Positions 36,043 to 44,929 of a stretch of DNA of 64,000 nt are shown in pieces. Each line of letters begins with the position of its first letter. Position 1 is the first letter of the stretch. The translations under genes and the position numbers were made by a program. This DNA comes from Candidatus Nanopelagicales bacterium (GTDB taxonomy: Bacteria; Actinomycetota; Actinomycetes; S36-B12; JBBQYX01): assembly GCA_038208295.1 (NCBI GenBank), contig JBBQYX010000006.1, positions 15,437 through 79,436 of the forward strand, given 5' to 3'. The notes below the pieces were generated by a model. That model ran no database searches. It worked only from the letters and a program-made list of their open reading frames with translations, and was not told where the DNA came from.

Positions 36043-36966
36043 ATGACGAGCATGCCGGGTGCTGCCGTGATGATCACTGTCGCTCCCACCGGAGCCGAGA
36101 CCCGCGCAGCCGACGCCCCCGGCCTGCCGGTGACCCTCGATGACCTGGTCCGCACTGCCGTGACCTGCGAGCAAGCCGGTGCCGCGCTGATCCACGTCCA
36201 TGTACGCGATGGTCACGATGCGCCGTCGCTGGACATCGCGCGCCTGACCGAAACGGTCGACGCGCTGCGTGCGCACACCGATCTCGTGGTCCAGTTGTCA
36301 ACCGGCGGCGCAGTGACAGATTCCCTGGATGCCCGGCTGGCGGTGCTCGAGGCCCAACCGGACTCGTGCTCGCTGACCTGCGGGACGGTCAACTTCGGCA
36401 CCGACGTGTTCTTGAACCCGTGGCCGTTCATCGTGGAGCTCTACCGGACGACCCAGGCCCGCGGGATTGTCCCGGAGTTCGAGTTGTTCGACCTGGGCCA
36501 CATCGCCACGCTGCACCGCCTGTTGGACGCTGAGGGTCCGCCCTGTGGCGGGCGGGTGCACTGCGACTTGGTCCTGGGCGTGCCGGGCGGCCTGCCGGGC
36601 ACCCTGCCGGCGATGGCCGCCGCGGTGGCGGCGCTGCCCAGTGACGCCAGCTGGTCGGCTACCGGAGTGGGTCGTAACACCCTTCCGGTCCTGCTGACGG
36701 CGATCGCTCACGGTGGTCACGCGCGGGTTGGCATGGAGGACACGTTGACCTATGCCCCGGGGCGTCCGGTACGCGAGAATGCCGAACTGGTCGCCCGAGC
36801 GGCTTGGTTGGCCGCCGCTGCACTGCGTCCGGTGGCCACCCCGGCGCAGGCCCGCGAACTGCTCGGACTGGTCCAGCCTGCCGAGGTCCCCGCTGATTCC
36901 AGCGAGGATTCGGGCGCGACGGCTTCCGCAACTGCGACGCCGCACCCTCTGGAGGAGCGCCGATGA
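36043..36966 (+). CDS. BKACE-family (3-keto-5-aminohexanoate cleavage enzyme-like, DUF849) protein
   Basis: VMITVAPTGAE, LIHVHVRD (Zn-binding His pair), and GGHARVGMEDT near the C-terminus. Confidence 0.85.
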   Translation: MTSMPGAAVMITVAPTGAETRAADAPGLPVTLDDLVRTAVTCEQAGAALIHVHVRDGHDAPSLDIARLTETVDALRAHTDLVVQLSTGGAVTDSLDARLAVLEAQPDSCSLTCGTVNFGTDVFLNPWPFIVELYRTTQARGIVPEFELFDLGHIATLHRLLDAEGPPCGGRVHCDLVLGVPGGLPGTLPAMAAAVAALPSDASWSATGVGRNTLPVLLTAIAHGGHARVGMEDTLTYAPGRPVRENAELVARAAWLAAAALRPVATPAQARELLGLVQPAEVPADSSEDSGATASATATPHPLEERR

Positions 36967-37697
36967 ACGTCGAGGGGCCGACCCCGAGCAACGAACCTCC
37001 GGGCGCCGACGCGAGTACGCCGACCCGGCGCCGACGCGACCGGGTCCTCGCCACCCCTGCCGATGCGGACCTGGCAGTGCTGACGATCGAGCAGGTGCGC
37101 ACCCGCCGGCAGGAGGCGGAGCAGGAGGAGGCCGATCTGTCCTACCAGCGACGCATGCTGCAGGGGCGCATCGACCTCGTCGCCGCCGAGTTGCGCGCCC
37201 GCGAGCTGCGTAGCTCCACCGATCAGTCCGGCGGCTCGGCCCTGGCCGCGGCCGTCGTGGAGCCAGCCGGGACTACGGGCTCCGACCCGGTGGCCGGTAG
37301 CGCAGCGCACGCTGCCGCACCCGACGGCGAGCGGGCAGGGGCCAGGCCGGCCGGTGGCACGGACGCGGCACTGGTGGAGAAACTGGTGGCCGTGCTTTCC
37401 GACGGCAGCACGCGTTCGACGCGAGGACTGGGTCGCCATCTGTCGGTCGAGCCCAGCTCCGCCGAGAGCGGCCGCCGCGCCCTGGACCGGGTCGGCCTGG
37501 GCGCGACCGCCACCGACATCGCCACGGATACCGACGATGATCTGCGCGAGTTGCTCGACCGACTGCGCGCGTACGAGGCCGATGTGTCGCAACTGCGGCA
37601 CACGGTGCAGCGGGTGGCCGACGACCTGTCCGCCGAACTGGTCCGCCGCCACCGGGCCGGACTCACCAACATCGACGACCTGATCCCGCGTACGTAG
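36963..37697 (+). CDS. rsiG: RsiG-like c-di-GMP-binding anti-sigma factor (anti-sigma-WhiG type)
   Basis: Two exact E-x3-S-x2-R-x3-Q-x3-D motifs: EADLSYQRRMLQGRID (nt 37128-37175) and EADVSQLRHTVQRVAD (nt 37575-37622). They lie on two predicted helices separated by a disordered linker. The start overlaps the upstream stop (ATGA). Confidence 0.75.
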   Translation: MNVEGPTPSNEPPGADASTPTRRRRDRVLATPADADLAVLTIEQVRTRRQEAEQEEADLSYQRRMLQGRIDLVAAELRARELRSSTDQSGGSALAAAVVEPAGTTGSDPVAGSAAHAAAPDGERAGARPAGGTDAALVEKLVAVLSDGSTRSTRGLGRHLSVEPSSAESGRRALDRVGLGATATDIATDTDDDLRELLDRLRAYEADVSQLRHTVQRVADDLSAELVRRHRAGLTNIDDLIPRT

Positions 37698-37870
37698 ACC
37701 GCGCCTTCTTGATCACCGCGAGCGGGGGCTGGTGATGGGCTTGTGGGGACGCCAATGACTCCGGTCCCTTGGCCCCAGCCGGGGGGATCTGCCACCAGCG
37801 TGAGGCAGGTCACGGGCAGACTGCTAGCCAGCCGCTTGCAATTGCAAGCACCTCCGCGCAGACTGGAGCC

Positions 37871-38335
37871 ATGGCTCGGATCGACGTAGGAGCGGTAGGT
37901 GCATACATCCGCGAACAGCGGGATGTGGCGCAGATGTCGCTGCGGCAACTGGCCCGCACCGCCGAAGTCTCCAACCCGTATCTGAGCCAGGTAGAACGCG
38001 GACTGCGCCACCCAAGCGCAGAGATCCTTGCCAGGATCGCCACCGCGCTGCGGATCTCGGCCGAAACACTCTATGTCCGGGCCGGAATCCTGGAGGAACG
38101 CCTCGGTGACGCCGACGTCACCAACGCGATAGCGGCGGACGCCACGCTTAGCGAGCGGCAGCGCAAGGTAGTCCTGGAGATCTACGCCGCGTTCCAGGCG
38201 GAGAACGCCGCAACCGCGCCGTCGGGGGACAGACCTCGACCAGCGCCGACGGCGACCGCCGCGGCCGAGCAACCAGCCGGTGACTCGGCAACCTCGACCA
38301 ACCCAGACCCAGCACCCCGAAAGGTCGCATCATGA
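37871..38335 (+). CDS. XRE-family helix-turn-helix transcriptional regulator
   Basis: ATG at 37871. MSLRQLARTAEVSNPYLSQVERGLRHPS is a classic Cro/C1 HTH. Confidence 0.85.
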   Translation: MARIDVGAVGAYIREQRDVAQMSLRQLARTAEVSNPYLSQVERGLRHPSAEILARIATALRISAETLYVRAGILEERLGDADVTNAIAADATLSERQRKVVLEIYAAFQAENAATAPSGDRPRPAPTATAAAEQPAGDSATSTNPDPAPRKVAS

Positions 38336-39021
38336 CAACCCCCACTCCTGAGCCCACGGTGACTCCGGCCACGGCAGCGCCGAAGGCCCGCAAACCGCGT
38401 ACGAATAGCGCCAAGGCCGCCCCGAAGGCGACCGCGTCCACAACCACATCCGCGCCCAAGGCAGCACCGAAGAGCGAGCCGAAGTCCGCTCCCCAGGCGA
38501 AGACCTTGCGCGACCGACTGCCCAAGAGCCTCGGCGACCTGTCCGCGCTCGACCCTCGTACGTTCGAGCTGCCCAAGGTCACCCTGCCCAAGCTGGAGAT
38601 GCCGAACTTCGACCTGCCCAAGGTCGACATGCCGAAGGTGGATCTGCCCACCGTGGACCTGTCCACGCTGGAGCTGCCGAGCCTGGAGGAGATGCGGGCG
38701 TCCCTGGTGAAGATGCTCGACGAGATCCAAGAGGCGGTCATGGACGCCCCCACCCGGGTCGAGGACCTGCGTAAGTGGATGTCCACCGAAACGGACGACC
38801 TGCGGCACTGGATGACCACCGAGGTCGAGGCGTTCCGCGACGACCCGACCGAGGTCGCCAAGGACCTGCGCACGTGGGTCAGCACCGAAGCCGACGACCT
38901 GCGGCACTGGATGACCACCGAGGTCGAGGCGTTCCGCGAGGACCCGACCGAGGCCGCCAAGGACTTGCAGGCTCAGGTCACCAAGGCCGTGACCCGCGTC
39001 CGCGAGGCCGTCAGCCGCTGA
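38332..39021 (+). CDS. Repeat-containing protein with Lys/Pro/Ala-rich N-terminus and helical repeats (HbhA-neighbourhood-like)
   Basis: The start overlaps the XRE stop (ATGA). AAPKARKPRTNSAKAAPKA... N-terminus, (D/E)LPK short repeats, and two 33-aa repeats DDLRHWMTTEVEAFR(D/E)DPTE.AKDL. Confidence 0.6.
   Translation: MTTPTPEPTVTPATAAPKARKPRTNSAKAAPKATASTTTSAPKAAPKSEPKSAPQAKTLRDRLPKSLGDLSALDPRTFELPKVTLPKLEMPNFDLPKVDMPKVDLPTVDLSTLELPSLEEMRASLVKMLDEIQEAVMDAPTRVEDLRKWMSTETDDLRHWMTTEVEAFRDDPTEVAKDLRTWVSTEADDLRHWMTTEVEAFREDPTEAAKDLQAQVTKAVTRVREAVSR
38794..38970. repeat. 99-nt tandem duplication within the HbhA-like gene
   Basis: gacgacctgcggcactggatgaccaccgaggtcgaggcgttccgcga occurs at 38794 and again at 38893. 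Confidence 0.9.
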
Positions 39022-39294
39022 CGTCACCGACCACGGTCGGCATCCGTGACGACCACCCCGAGTGCCGACCGTGCAGCAGGGCCCGTTCCGCTTCGGCGGG
39101 CGGGCCCTGCGTACGTTCTGGGCTGCTGCCTGCGGCCCCCGGTGACCGCAGCAGCACACCGCCGCGGCGCCCGAATTCTGAGTCCTTCAGGCGCCGAGCG
39201 GGTTCGGTCCGCGAGCAGGTGCGCCGCAACGTGGCCACCCGATCGTGATGACCGGCTGCGAGCCGAGTCGCGTTGCGCCGGATACCGTGACTCC

Positions 39295-39588
39295 ATGCTG
39301 TTCTACGAGACGCAGAACCTGGTCCAGCTCGTCCTGTGGGTGGTGTTCGGCATCCTGAAGATCTGGGCGTTCGTCGACTGCCTGCGTCAGCGTGAGGACG
39401 CGTTCCCTGCCGTGGGTCGCCAGTCCAAGAACCTGTGGCTCATCCTGACCGGGATCACCGCGTTGACTGCCCTGCTGCCCGGCCTGACCCTCGGCCTGAT
39501 CGGGTTCGCTGGACTGGTGGTGGCGATGATTTACCTGTTCGACATTCGACCCCGGATCGCCGAGCTCAGCGGCGGCCCGCGCTGGTAG
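39295..39588 (+). CDS. DUF2516 membrane protein
   Basis: ATG at 39295. MLFYETQNLVQLVLWVVFGILKIWAFVDCL... has three TM helices typical of DUF2516 (Rv0476-like position after XRE and HbhA-like genes). Confidence 0.8.
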   Translation: MLFYETQNLVQLVLWVVFGILKIWAFVDCLRQREDAFPAVGRQSKNLWLILTGITALTALLPGLTLGLIGFAGLVVAMIYLFDIRPRIAELSGGPRW

Positions 39589-40622
39589 CGCGGCGGGCTG
39601 CGATCGGTGTCGTCACCCGCGGGACGACGCACCCGCAGCGACTGCGCCGAGCCGATCGTTGGCTGATCGCCGCAGCAGGTCCCGCCCTGCGCCGGGCAGC
39701 CGATCCGCTGGTCGTGGATCTGGGCTACGGCGGGGTTCCCACGACCACCGTGGAGCTGCTTCGTCGACTGCGTCGCAGCGTGCGGGCGGACATCGAGGTC
39801 GTCGGTGTTGAGATCGACCCGGAGCGGGTGGCCGCGGCCCAGCCCTTTGCGCAGCCTGGGCTCTCGTTCGTACGCGGTGGATTCGAGGTGCCGCTGCCCG
39901 GTCGCCGACCCGTGGTGATCCGTGCCTTCAACGTGCTGCGCCAGTACGACGAGTCGGAGGTCGCCGCGATCTGGACGATGCTGCGCGACCGATTGACACC
40001 CGACGGTCTGCTCGTCGAGGGCACCTGTGACGAGCTCGGGCGGCTGGCCACCTGGGTCACGCTGGCCGGGCATCCCGAATCGGGTGGGTTCGGCATGTCG
40101 GCCGATGGTTCGATCGCTGCTTCGACCGCAGTGTCGAATGCTGTGTCGGCGCCAGTGTCGGCTGCTGTGTCGGCTGCAGTGTCGGCTGCTGTGTCGGCAG
40201 AGCCGGTGTCCTTGACGCTGGCGGCCGACCTGGCGCGATTGGAGCGACCCGGCCGGTTCGCCGAGCGGCTGCCGAAGGCTTTGATCCATCGCAATGTCCC
40301 CGGCGAAGCCGTCCACGAGGTGCTCGCCCAACTGGACCGGGCCTGGTCGGTGACAGCGGGGCAGGCAGTGTTCGGCCCGCGGCAGCACTGGCGAGCGGCG
40401 CTGTTCGAGGCCCGAGCGGCCGGTCTGGCAGTGCTGGACGACCCGCGCCGCTGGCGGTTCGGCGAGGCCACGCTGGCGTGGACCGCCGTCACGCCAGGCG
40501 GCAGTGGGCCCCTACTCCATTCGACTGGTGGCGAGTGGCTGCCGTCCACGATCCACAACGACCGCAGACCACCGCTCGCGACTAGCGGACGAACACAACC
40601 GCATACACGCGGCGACAGCTAG
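39435..40622 (+). CDS. Class I SAM-dependent methyltransferase-like protein; start unresolved
   Basis: VVDLGYGG (motif I-like), VVGVEIDP, IRAFNVLRQY. The only in-frame ATG/GTG upstream of motif I is the GTG at 39435, which overlaps DUF2516 by 154 nt. Otherwise only CTG codons are available. Confidence 0.55.
   Translation: MAHPDRDHRVDCPAARPDPRPDRVRWTGGGDDLPVRHSTPDRRAQRRPALVARRAAIGVVTRGTTHPQRLRRADRWLIAAAGPALRRAADPLVVDLGYGGVPTTTVELLRRLRRSVRADIEVVGVEIDPERVAAAQPFAQPGLSFVRGGFEVPLPGRRPVVIRAFNVLRQYDESEVAAIWTMLRDRLTPDGLLVEGTCDELGRLATWVTLAGHPESGGFGMSADGSIAASTAVSNAVSAPVSAAVSAAVSAAVSAEPVSLTLAADLARLERPGRFAERLPKALIHRNVPGEAVHEVLAQLDRAWSVTAGQAVFGPRQHWRAALFEARAAGLAVLDDPRRWRFGEATLAWTAVTPGGSGPLLHSTGGEWLPSTIHNDRRPPLATSGRTQPHTRGDS
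40131..40202. repeat. 12-nt tandem repeat x6 (gtgtcggctgct family) in the methyltransferase-like gene
   Basis: Direct reading. Encodes an AVSNAVSAPVSAAVSAAVSAAVSAE tract, in frame. Confidence 0.9.
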
Positions 40623-41149
40623 CCCTTCATCAGGGCGGCCAGCGCCGCGGCGAAGGCCTCGTAGGCGGCACCACCCCACAGCACGAAGCGCACCTCGCGC
40701 ACAGCGCTGTGCGACCCGGCGACCGCGGCCAGGGCGATCTGCGCGGCGGAGGCCAGCGGCCAGCCGTACACCCCCGTGGAGATCGCCGGAAACGCCACAG
40801 TCTCGGCGCCGATCTCGTCGGCCACCCGCAAGGCCTCGACATAGCAGGACGCCAGCAGCGCGGGGCCGTCGCCGCTGGCAGCGCCATAGACGGGCCCCAC
40901 AGTGTGGATCACCCAGCGGGCCGGGAGGGCGCCGGCCGTCGTGGCCACCGCGGAGCCGGTGGGTAGCCCGTCGGGAAACCGGGTTCGGCGCAGCTCCCGG
41001 GACTCCTCCAGGATCGTGGATCCCCCGGCCCGGTGGATCGCCCCGTCCACGCCGCCGCCACCCAGCAGCGAACGGTTGGCGGCGTTGACGATCGCGTCGA
41101 CGTCCTGGGTGGTGATGTCGCCTTCGACCAGGGTGAGGTGAGGGGCCAT
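40619..41149 (-). CDS. Macro-domain protein (O-acetyl-ADP-ribose deacetylase / ADP-ribose-binding)
   Basis: GDITTQDVDAIVNAAN..LLGGGGVDGAIH and FPAISTGVYG are canonical macro-domain motifs. Confidence 0.88.
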   Translation of the reverse strand: MAPHLTLVEGDITTQDVDAIVNAANRSLLGGGGVDGAIHRAGGSTILEESRELRRTRFPDGLPTGSAVATTAGALPARWVIHTVGPVYGAASGDGPALLASCYVEALRVADEIGAETVAFPAISTGVYGWPLASAAQIALAAVAGSHSAVREVRFVLWGGAAYEAFAAALAALMKG

Positions 41150-41221
41150 CCGGCTAGCCTGCCGTGTCGGCGGGCGCCCGCGCAGGCATCCCGGCGATCA
41201 CGGGACCAACGGGGCGGGCGT

Positions 41222-41980
41222 TCAGGACTTGCCCTGGTTGGCGACTGCTGCGGCTGCCGCTGCGGCCGCCTGCGGGTCCAGGTATTCCCCGCCGGCGACC
41301 ACCGGGCGCAGGTCCCTGTTGAGGCGGTAGACCAGCGGGATCCCGGTGGGGATGTTCAGCCCGGCGATGTCCGCGTCGCTGATGCCATCCAGGTGCTTAA
41401 CCAGCGCGCGCAGCGAGTTGCCGTGCGCGGCGACCAGCACCGTCCTGCTGGCGCGCAGGTCCGGGACGACGACGTCCTCCCAATAGGGGATCAGTCGTCG
41501 CACGACGTCGGCTAAGCACTCCGTGGCCGGATTGGACTCTGGTGGCAGCCAGGCGTAGCGGGGGTCGTAGGTCTGGGCGAACTCGTCGTCGGGGTCGATG
41601 GGCGGGGGCGGGGTGTCGTAGGAGCGGCGCCAGAGCATGAACTGCTCCTCGCCGTACTCCTGCAGGGTCTGCTTCTTGTTCTTCCCCTGCAGCGCGCCGT
41701 AATGGCGCTCGTTCAACCGCCAGTTGCGGATCACCGGAATCCAGTGCCGGTCGCACACGTCCAACCCGATCTGTGCCGTACGGATAGCCCGGCGCAGCAG
41801 CGAGGTATGCACAACATCCGGCAGTAAGCCGCTGTCCCGCAACAACTCCCCACCACGCAGCGCCTCCGCGACGCCCTTGTCGGACAGGTCGACGTCGACC
41901 CAGCCGGTGAACTGGTTCAGCGCGTTCCAGGTGCTCTCCCCGTGGCGCAGCAGGATCAGGGTGTACGGCGCATCGCTCAT
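41222..41980 (-). CDS. gpmA: 2,3-bisphosphoglycerate-dependent phosphoglycerate mutase
   Basis: [38 protein letters not shown] at 41980 (an alternative is at 41989). Confidence 0.93.
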   Translation of the reverse strand: MSDAPYTLILLRHGESTWNALNQFTGWVDVDLSDKGVAEALRGGELLRDSGLLPDVVHTSLLRRAIRTAQIGLDVCDRHWIPVIRNWRLNERHYGALQGKNKKQTLQEYGEEQFMLWRRSYDTPPPPIDPDDEFAQTYDPRYAWLPPESNPATECLADVVRRLIPYWEDVVVPDLRASRTVLVAAHGNSLRALVKHLDGISDADIAGLNIPTGIPLVYRLNRDLRPVVAGGEYLDPQAAAAAAAAVANQGKS

Positions 41981-42030
41981 GCGGCACATCCTGCCGTAGC
42001 GGCCTGACCGGAACGACGCCGACCGGCCCG

Positions 42031-42546
42031 TCAGGCTGGCTCAGCTGGCAGGCCGAACAGGTGCCGGAAGGCTGCCAGGTTGGTGGTCGGCTCGTCGTGG
42101 GCCACCCGCCAGGCCCACTCCCGCCGGATCGCGCCGGAGAAACCCAACTCCAGCAGCGTGTTGAATGAGGTATCGGCGTATTCCAGAACGGCACCGAATA
42201 CACGGTCGAGTTCGGCCTCGGACATTGCGCTCAGCGGCAGCCGACCGCTGAGGTAGACGTCGCCGAGATGGTCCAGGCAGAAAGCCACGGCATACAGCCG
42301 ACGGTTGCGCTCCAGCAACCAGCGGTAGACGGCTTCCTGGTTCTCATCGGCATGCCGCACCACGAACGCGTTGACGCTCCAAGCGTGGGTCCCGACCACC
42401 AGGGACACGGTCGTGCGCAACTTCGCCTCGCCCGGCAGCACGATGGCAAACGATCCGGGCGTCGGTTCCTCGTGCTCCAAGTCGCCGGCCGCCAGGTAGT
42501 CGCGGACGACCTGAACCGCCTCCGGCGCCGCGACGGGGCCGGTCAC
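42031..42546 (-). CDS. YbjN-domain protein (Rv0487-like, mshA-linked)
   Basis: Size, position immediately downstream of mshA with a 4-nt overlap, and the motif pattern [17 protein letters not shown]. Confidence 0.8.
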   Translation of the reverse strand: MTGPVAAPEAVQVVRDYLAAGDLEHEEPTPGSFAIVLPGEAKLRTTVSLVVGTHAWSVNAFVVRHADENQEAVYRWLLERNRRLYAVAFCLDHLGDVYLSGRLPLSAMSEAELDRVFGAVLEYADTSFNTLLELGFSGAIRREWAWRVAHDEPTTNLAAFRHLFGLPAEPA

Positions 42547-43868
42547 CCGCCCACCGCCTCTCGGCGGTCTCGGTCGACGCGGCGACCGAGCAGGGCGCGG
42601 GTGTACGTCTTCAGCGTTCCCGCGGCGGTCGCCGACCAGCTGAACGACTGAGCATGCCCACGGGCGCCGGCGGCCAGGTGGGCACGCCAGCGAGGTTCGT
42701 CGATCAGCCGCTCCAGCACGTCGGCATAGTCGCGGGGATCGTGCCCCTCGATCAGGACACCACTGACTCCGTCGGCGACCGCGGTGCGCAGCCCGCCCAC
42801 GGCTGCGGCGACGACCGGTGTCCCGCAGGCCTGCGCCTCGACCGCCACCAGCCCGAACGATTCCGAATGGGACGGGACGACGGCAACGTCGGCGGCGACG
42901 TACCAGTCGGCCAGCGTCTCGCGGTCCGCGGGCGGTTCACAGCGGACCACGTCGCTGACGTCCAGTTCTGCCGCCAGATCCAGCAGTGCATCGGGACGCG
43001 CGAGTCCGTTGCCGGAGGGGCCACCGCAGATCACCACGGCCAGCCGCTCCCGCAGCTCGGGCCGTCCGCGCAGCAGTTCGGCGGTCGCCCGGACCAGGAC
43101 ATCCGGGGCCTTCAGCGGCTGTACCCGGCCCACGAACAGCAGCACGATGGCATCCGGTCGCAGCCCGAGCCGCCGGCGCGCCTCCCCCATATCACCGGGG
43201 CGGAACACGTCAAGGTCCACGCCCGGGTGCACCACGGCCACCCGGTCCGGGTCGGCGTCGTACAGGTCGATGAGCTGGTCTGCCTCGTCCGCGGTGTTGG
43301 CGATCAGCGCATCGCTGGCATCGACCACCTGCTGCTCACCGATCAGGCGTACGGCCGGCTCGGGGGTATCCCCCGCGGCCAGTTGCAAGTTTTTGACCTT
43401 CGCCAGGGTGTGCATCGAGTGGACCAGCGGCACGCCCCAGCGTTCGGCGGCCAGCCAGCCGACCTGACCGGACAGCCAATAGTGGGAGTGCAGCAGGTCG
43501 TACCAGCCTTCCGGGCGGCGGGCCTCCATGCGCAGCACCCCGGCACTGACCGCGCACAGCTGCCCGGGCAGGTCTTCCTTGCGCAGCCCTTCGTACGGAC
43601 CAGCGGTGACATGCCGCACAGTCACCCCGGGAGCCAGCGGGACCGCGGCCGGCAGCCGCGAGGAGGTGGACCGGGTGAAGATGTCGACCTCGACACCGGC
43701 AGCCGCGATCCGCCGGGCGGTCTCGACGACGTAGACGTTCATGCCACCGGCATCACCGGTGCCCGGCTGCTCCAGCGGCGATGTGTGGATCGACAGCATG
43801 GCGACCCGGCGGGGCAGCCAGCGCCCGGTGCCCAGCACTGTCACAACTACAGTCCTTCCGGTACGCAA
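42543..43868 (-). CDS. mshA: D-inositol-3-phosphate glycosyltransferase MshA
   Basis: [28 protein letters not shown] is the MshA N-terminal signature. GT4 C-terminal E..FGLV..EAQACG. The start could be the ATG near 43799 instead. Confidence 0.92.
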   Translation of the reverse strand: MRTGRTVVVTVLGTGRWLPRRVAMLSIHTSPLEQPGTGDAGGMNVYVVETARRIAAAGVEVDIFTRSTSSRLPAAVPLAPGVTVRHVTAGPYEGLRKEDLPGQLCAVSAGVLRMEARRPEGWYDLLHSHYWLSGQVGWLAAERWGVPLVHSMHTLAKVKNLQLAAGDTPEPAVRLIGEQQVVDASDALIANTADEADQLIDLYDADPDRVAVVHPGVDLDVFRPGDMGEARRRLGLRPDAIVLLFVGRVQPLKAPDVLVRATAELLRGRPELRERLAVVICGGPSGNGLARPDALLDLAAELDVSDVVRCEPPADRETLADWYVAADVAVVPSHSESFGLVAVEAQACGTPVVAAAVGGLRTAVADGVSGVLIEGHDPRDYADVLERLIDEPRWRAHLAAGARGHAQSFSWSATAAGTLKTYTRALLGRRVDRDRREAVGG

Positions 43869-44076
43869 CTCAACAAAGCGTGATCCCGCGAGCTCAAGAT
43901 TTCGAGGGTCGAGGTCGATCCCTACGCCAGGTCACTGTGACCCGCCAGGCGAGCATCGAAACCGCGTCGGCGCAGCCAAAGACCCAGGTGGGTCGACCCT
44001 CGCGGGCCAACCGCGGTGGAGTCTGGCCTATTCCCCGTAAGCCCGCGACCGGGACCGAATGCGCGTGGGTCGGCGG

Positions 44077-44742
44077 TCAGAGCCGGTCGGCGGTCAGGTC
44101 CGCGTACGGCTCACCGGTGACGATGTGCACGACCCGGCGAGCCACCGTGACCGCATGATCGGCGAACCGCTCGTAATAGCGCGACAGCAGCGTCGTGTCG
44201 ACGGCCTCCTCGGTGCCGTAGGCCCACGACGGCGACAGCACGATCTCGAACAATTCCCGGTGCAGGTCGTCCATGGCGTCGTCGTGGCGCTCGATGTCGG
44301 CCGCGAGATGGACGTCCTTGGTGGCGATGACCGAACCGGTCTTGGAGGTGATGGCCTCGGCCAACGCGCCCATCTGCGCGAAGGTGGCCCGCAGTTCCTG
44401 CGGTACGGCCGGCTTGGGGTAGCGCAGTCGGGCCTGCTTGGCGACGTGGGCAGCGAGGTCGCCCATCCGTTCCATCGACGAGGCCATCCGCATGCCGCTC
44501 ATCACGATGCGCAGGTCCGTGGCGACCGGCTGCTGCCGCGCTGCGACGTTGAAGCACTTCTCGTCGATCTCCGCGGCGAGGGTGTCGACGGAGTCGTCAC
44601 CGGCGATGACGCTCTCGGCGAGCTGCAGATCGGCGTCGAGCAAAGCCTGGGTGGCGCGGTTCATTGCCGAGCCGACCAGGCGAGTCATCTGCACGAGTTC
44701 GTCACTGATGACATCGAGTTGCTCGTGATAGAGGTCGCGCAT
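44077..44742 (-). CDS. phoU: Phosphate signalling complex protein PhoU
   Basis: Two PhoU repeats with ERMGDLAAHV / ERFADHAVTV-type motifs. 221 aa. Confidence 0.93.
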   Translation of the reverse strand: MRDLYHEQLDVISDELVQMTRLVGSAMNRATQALLDADLQLAESVIAGDDSVDTLAAEIDEKCFNVAARQQPVATDLRIVMSGMRMASSMERMGDLAAHVAKQARLRYPKPAVPQELRATFAQMGALAEAITSKTGSVIATKDVHLAADIERHDDAMDDLHRELFEIVLSPSWAYGTEEAVDTTLLSRYYERFADHAVTVARRVVHIVTGEPYADLTADRL

Positions 44743-44929
44743 GACGTGCCCTTCGTTTCAAGCCCCTGCAGGCCTGCAGGTAGGTGAGCGGGTGAGCGGG
44801 ACGACCGGCGAGCTGGCGGCGGCCGTCCCACCCTCGGTTCGCCGGGTGCAGCGGTCGTCAGCCTAGAGGCGCTGCCGTCCGGGGAGCAGTCTGCGGGTTA
44901 ACGTCGGACGGCCGGCAGGCGAACGCTAG

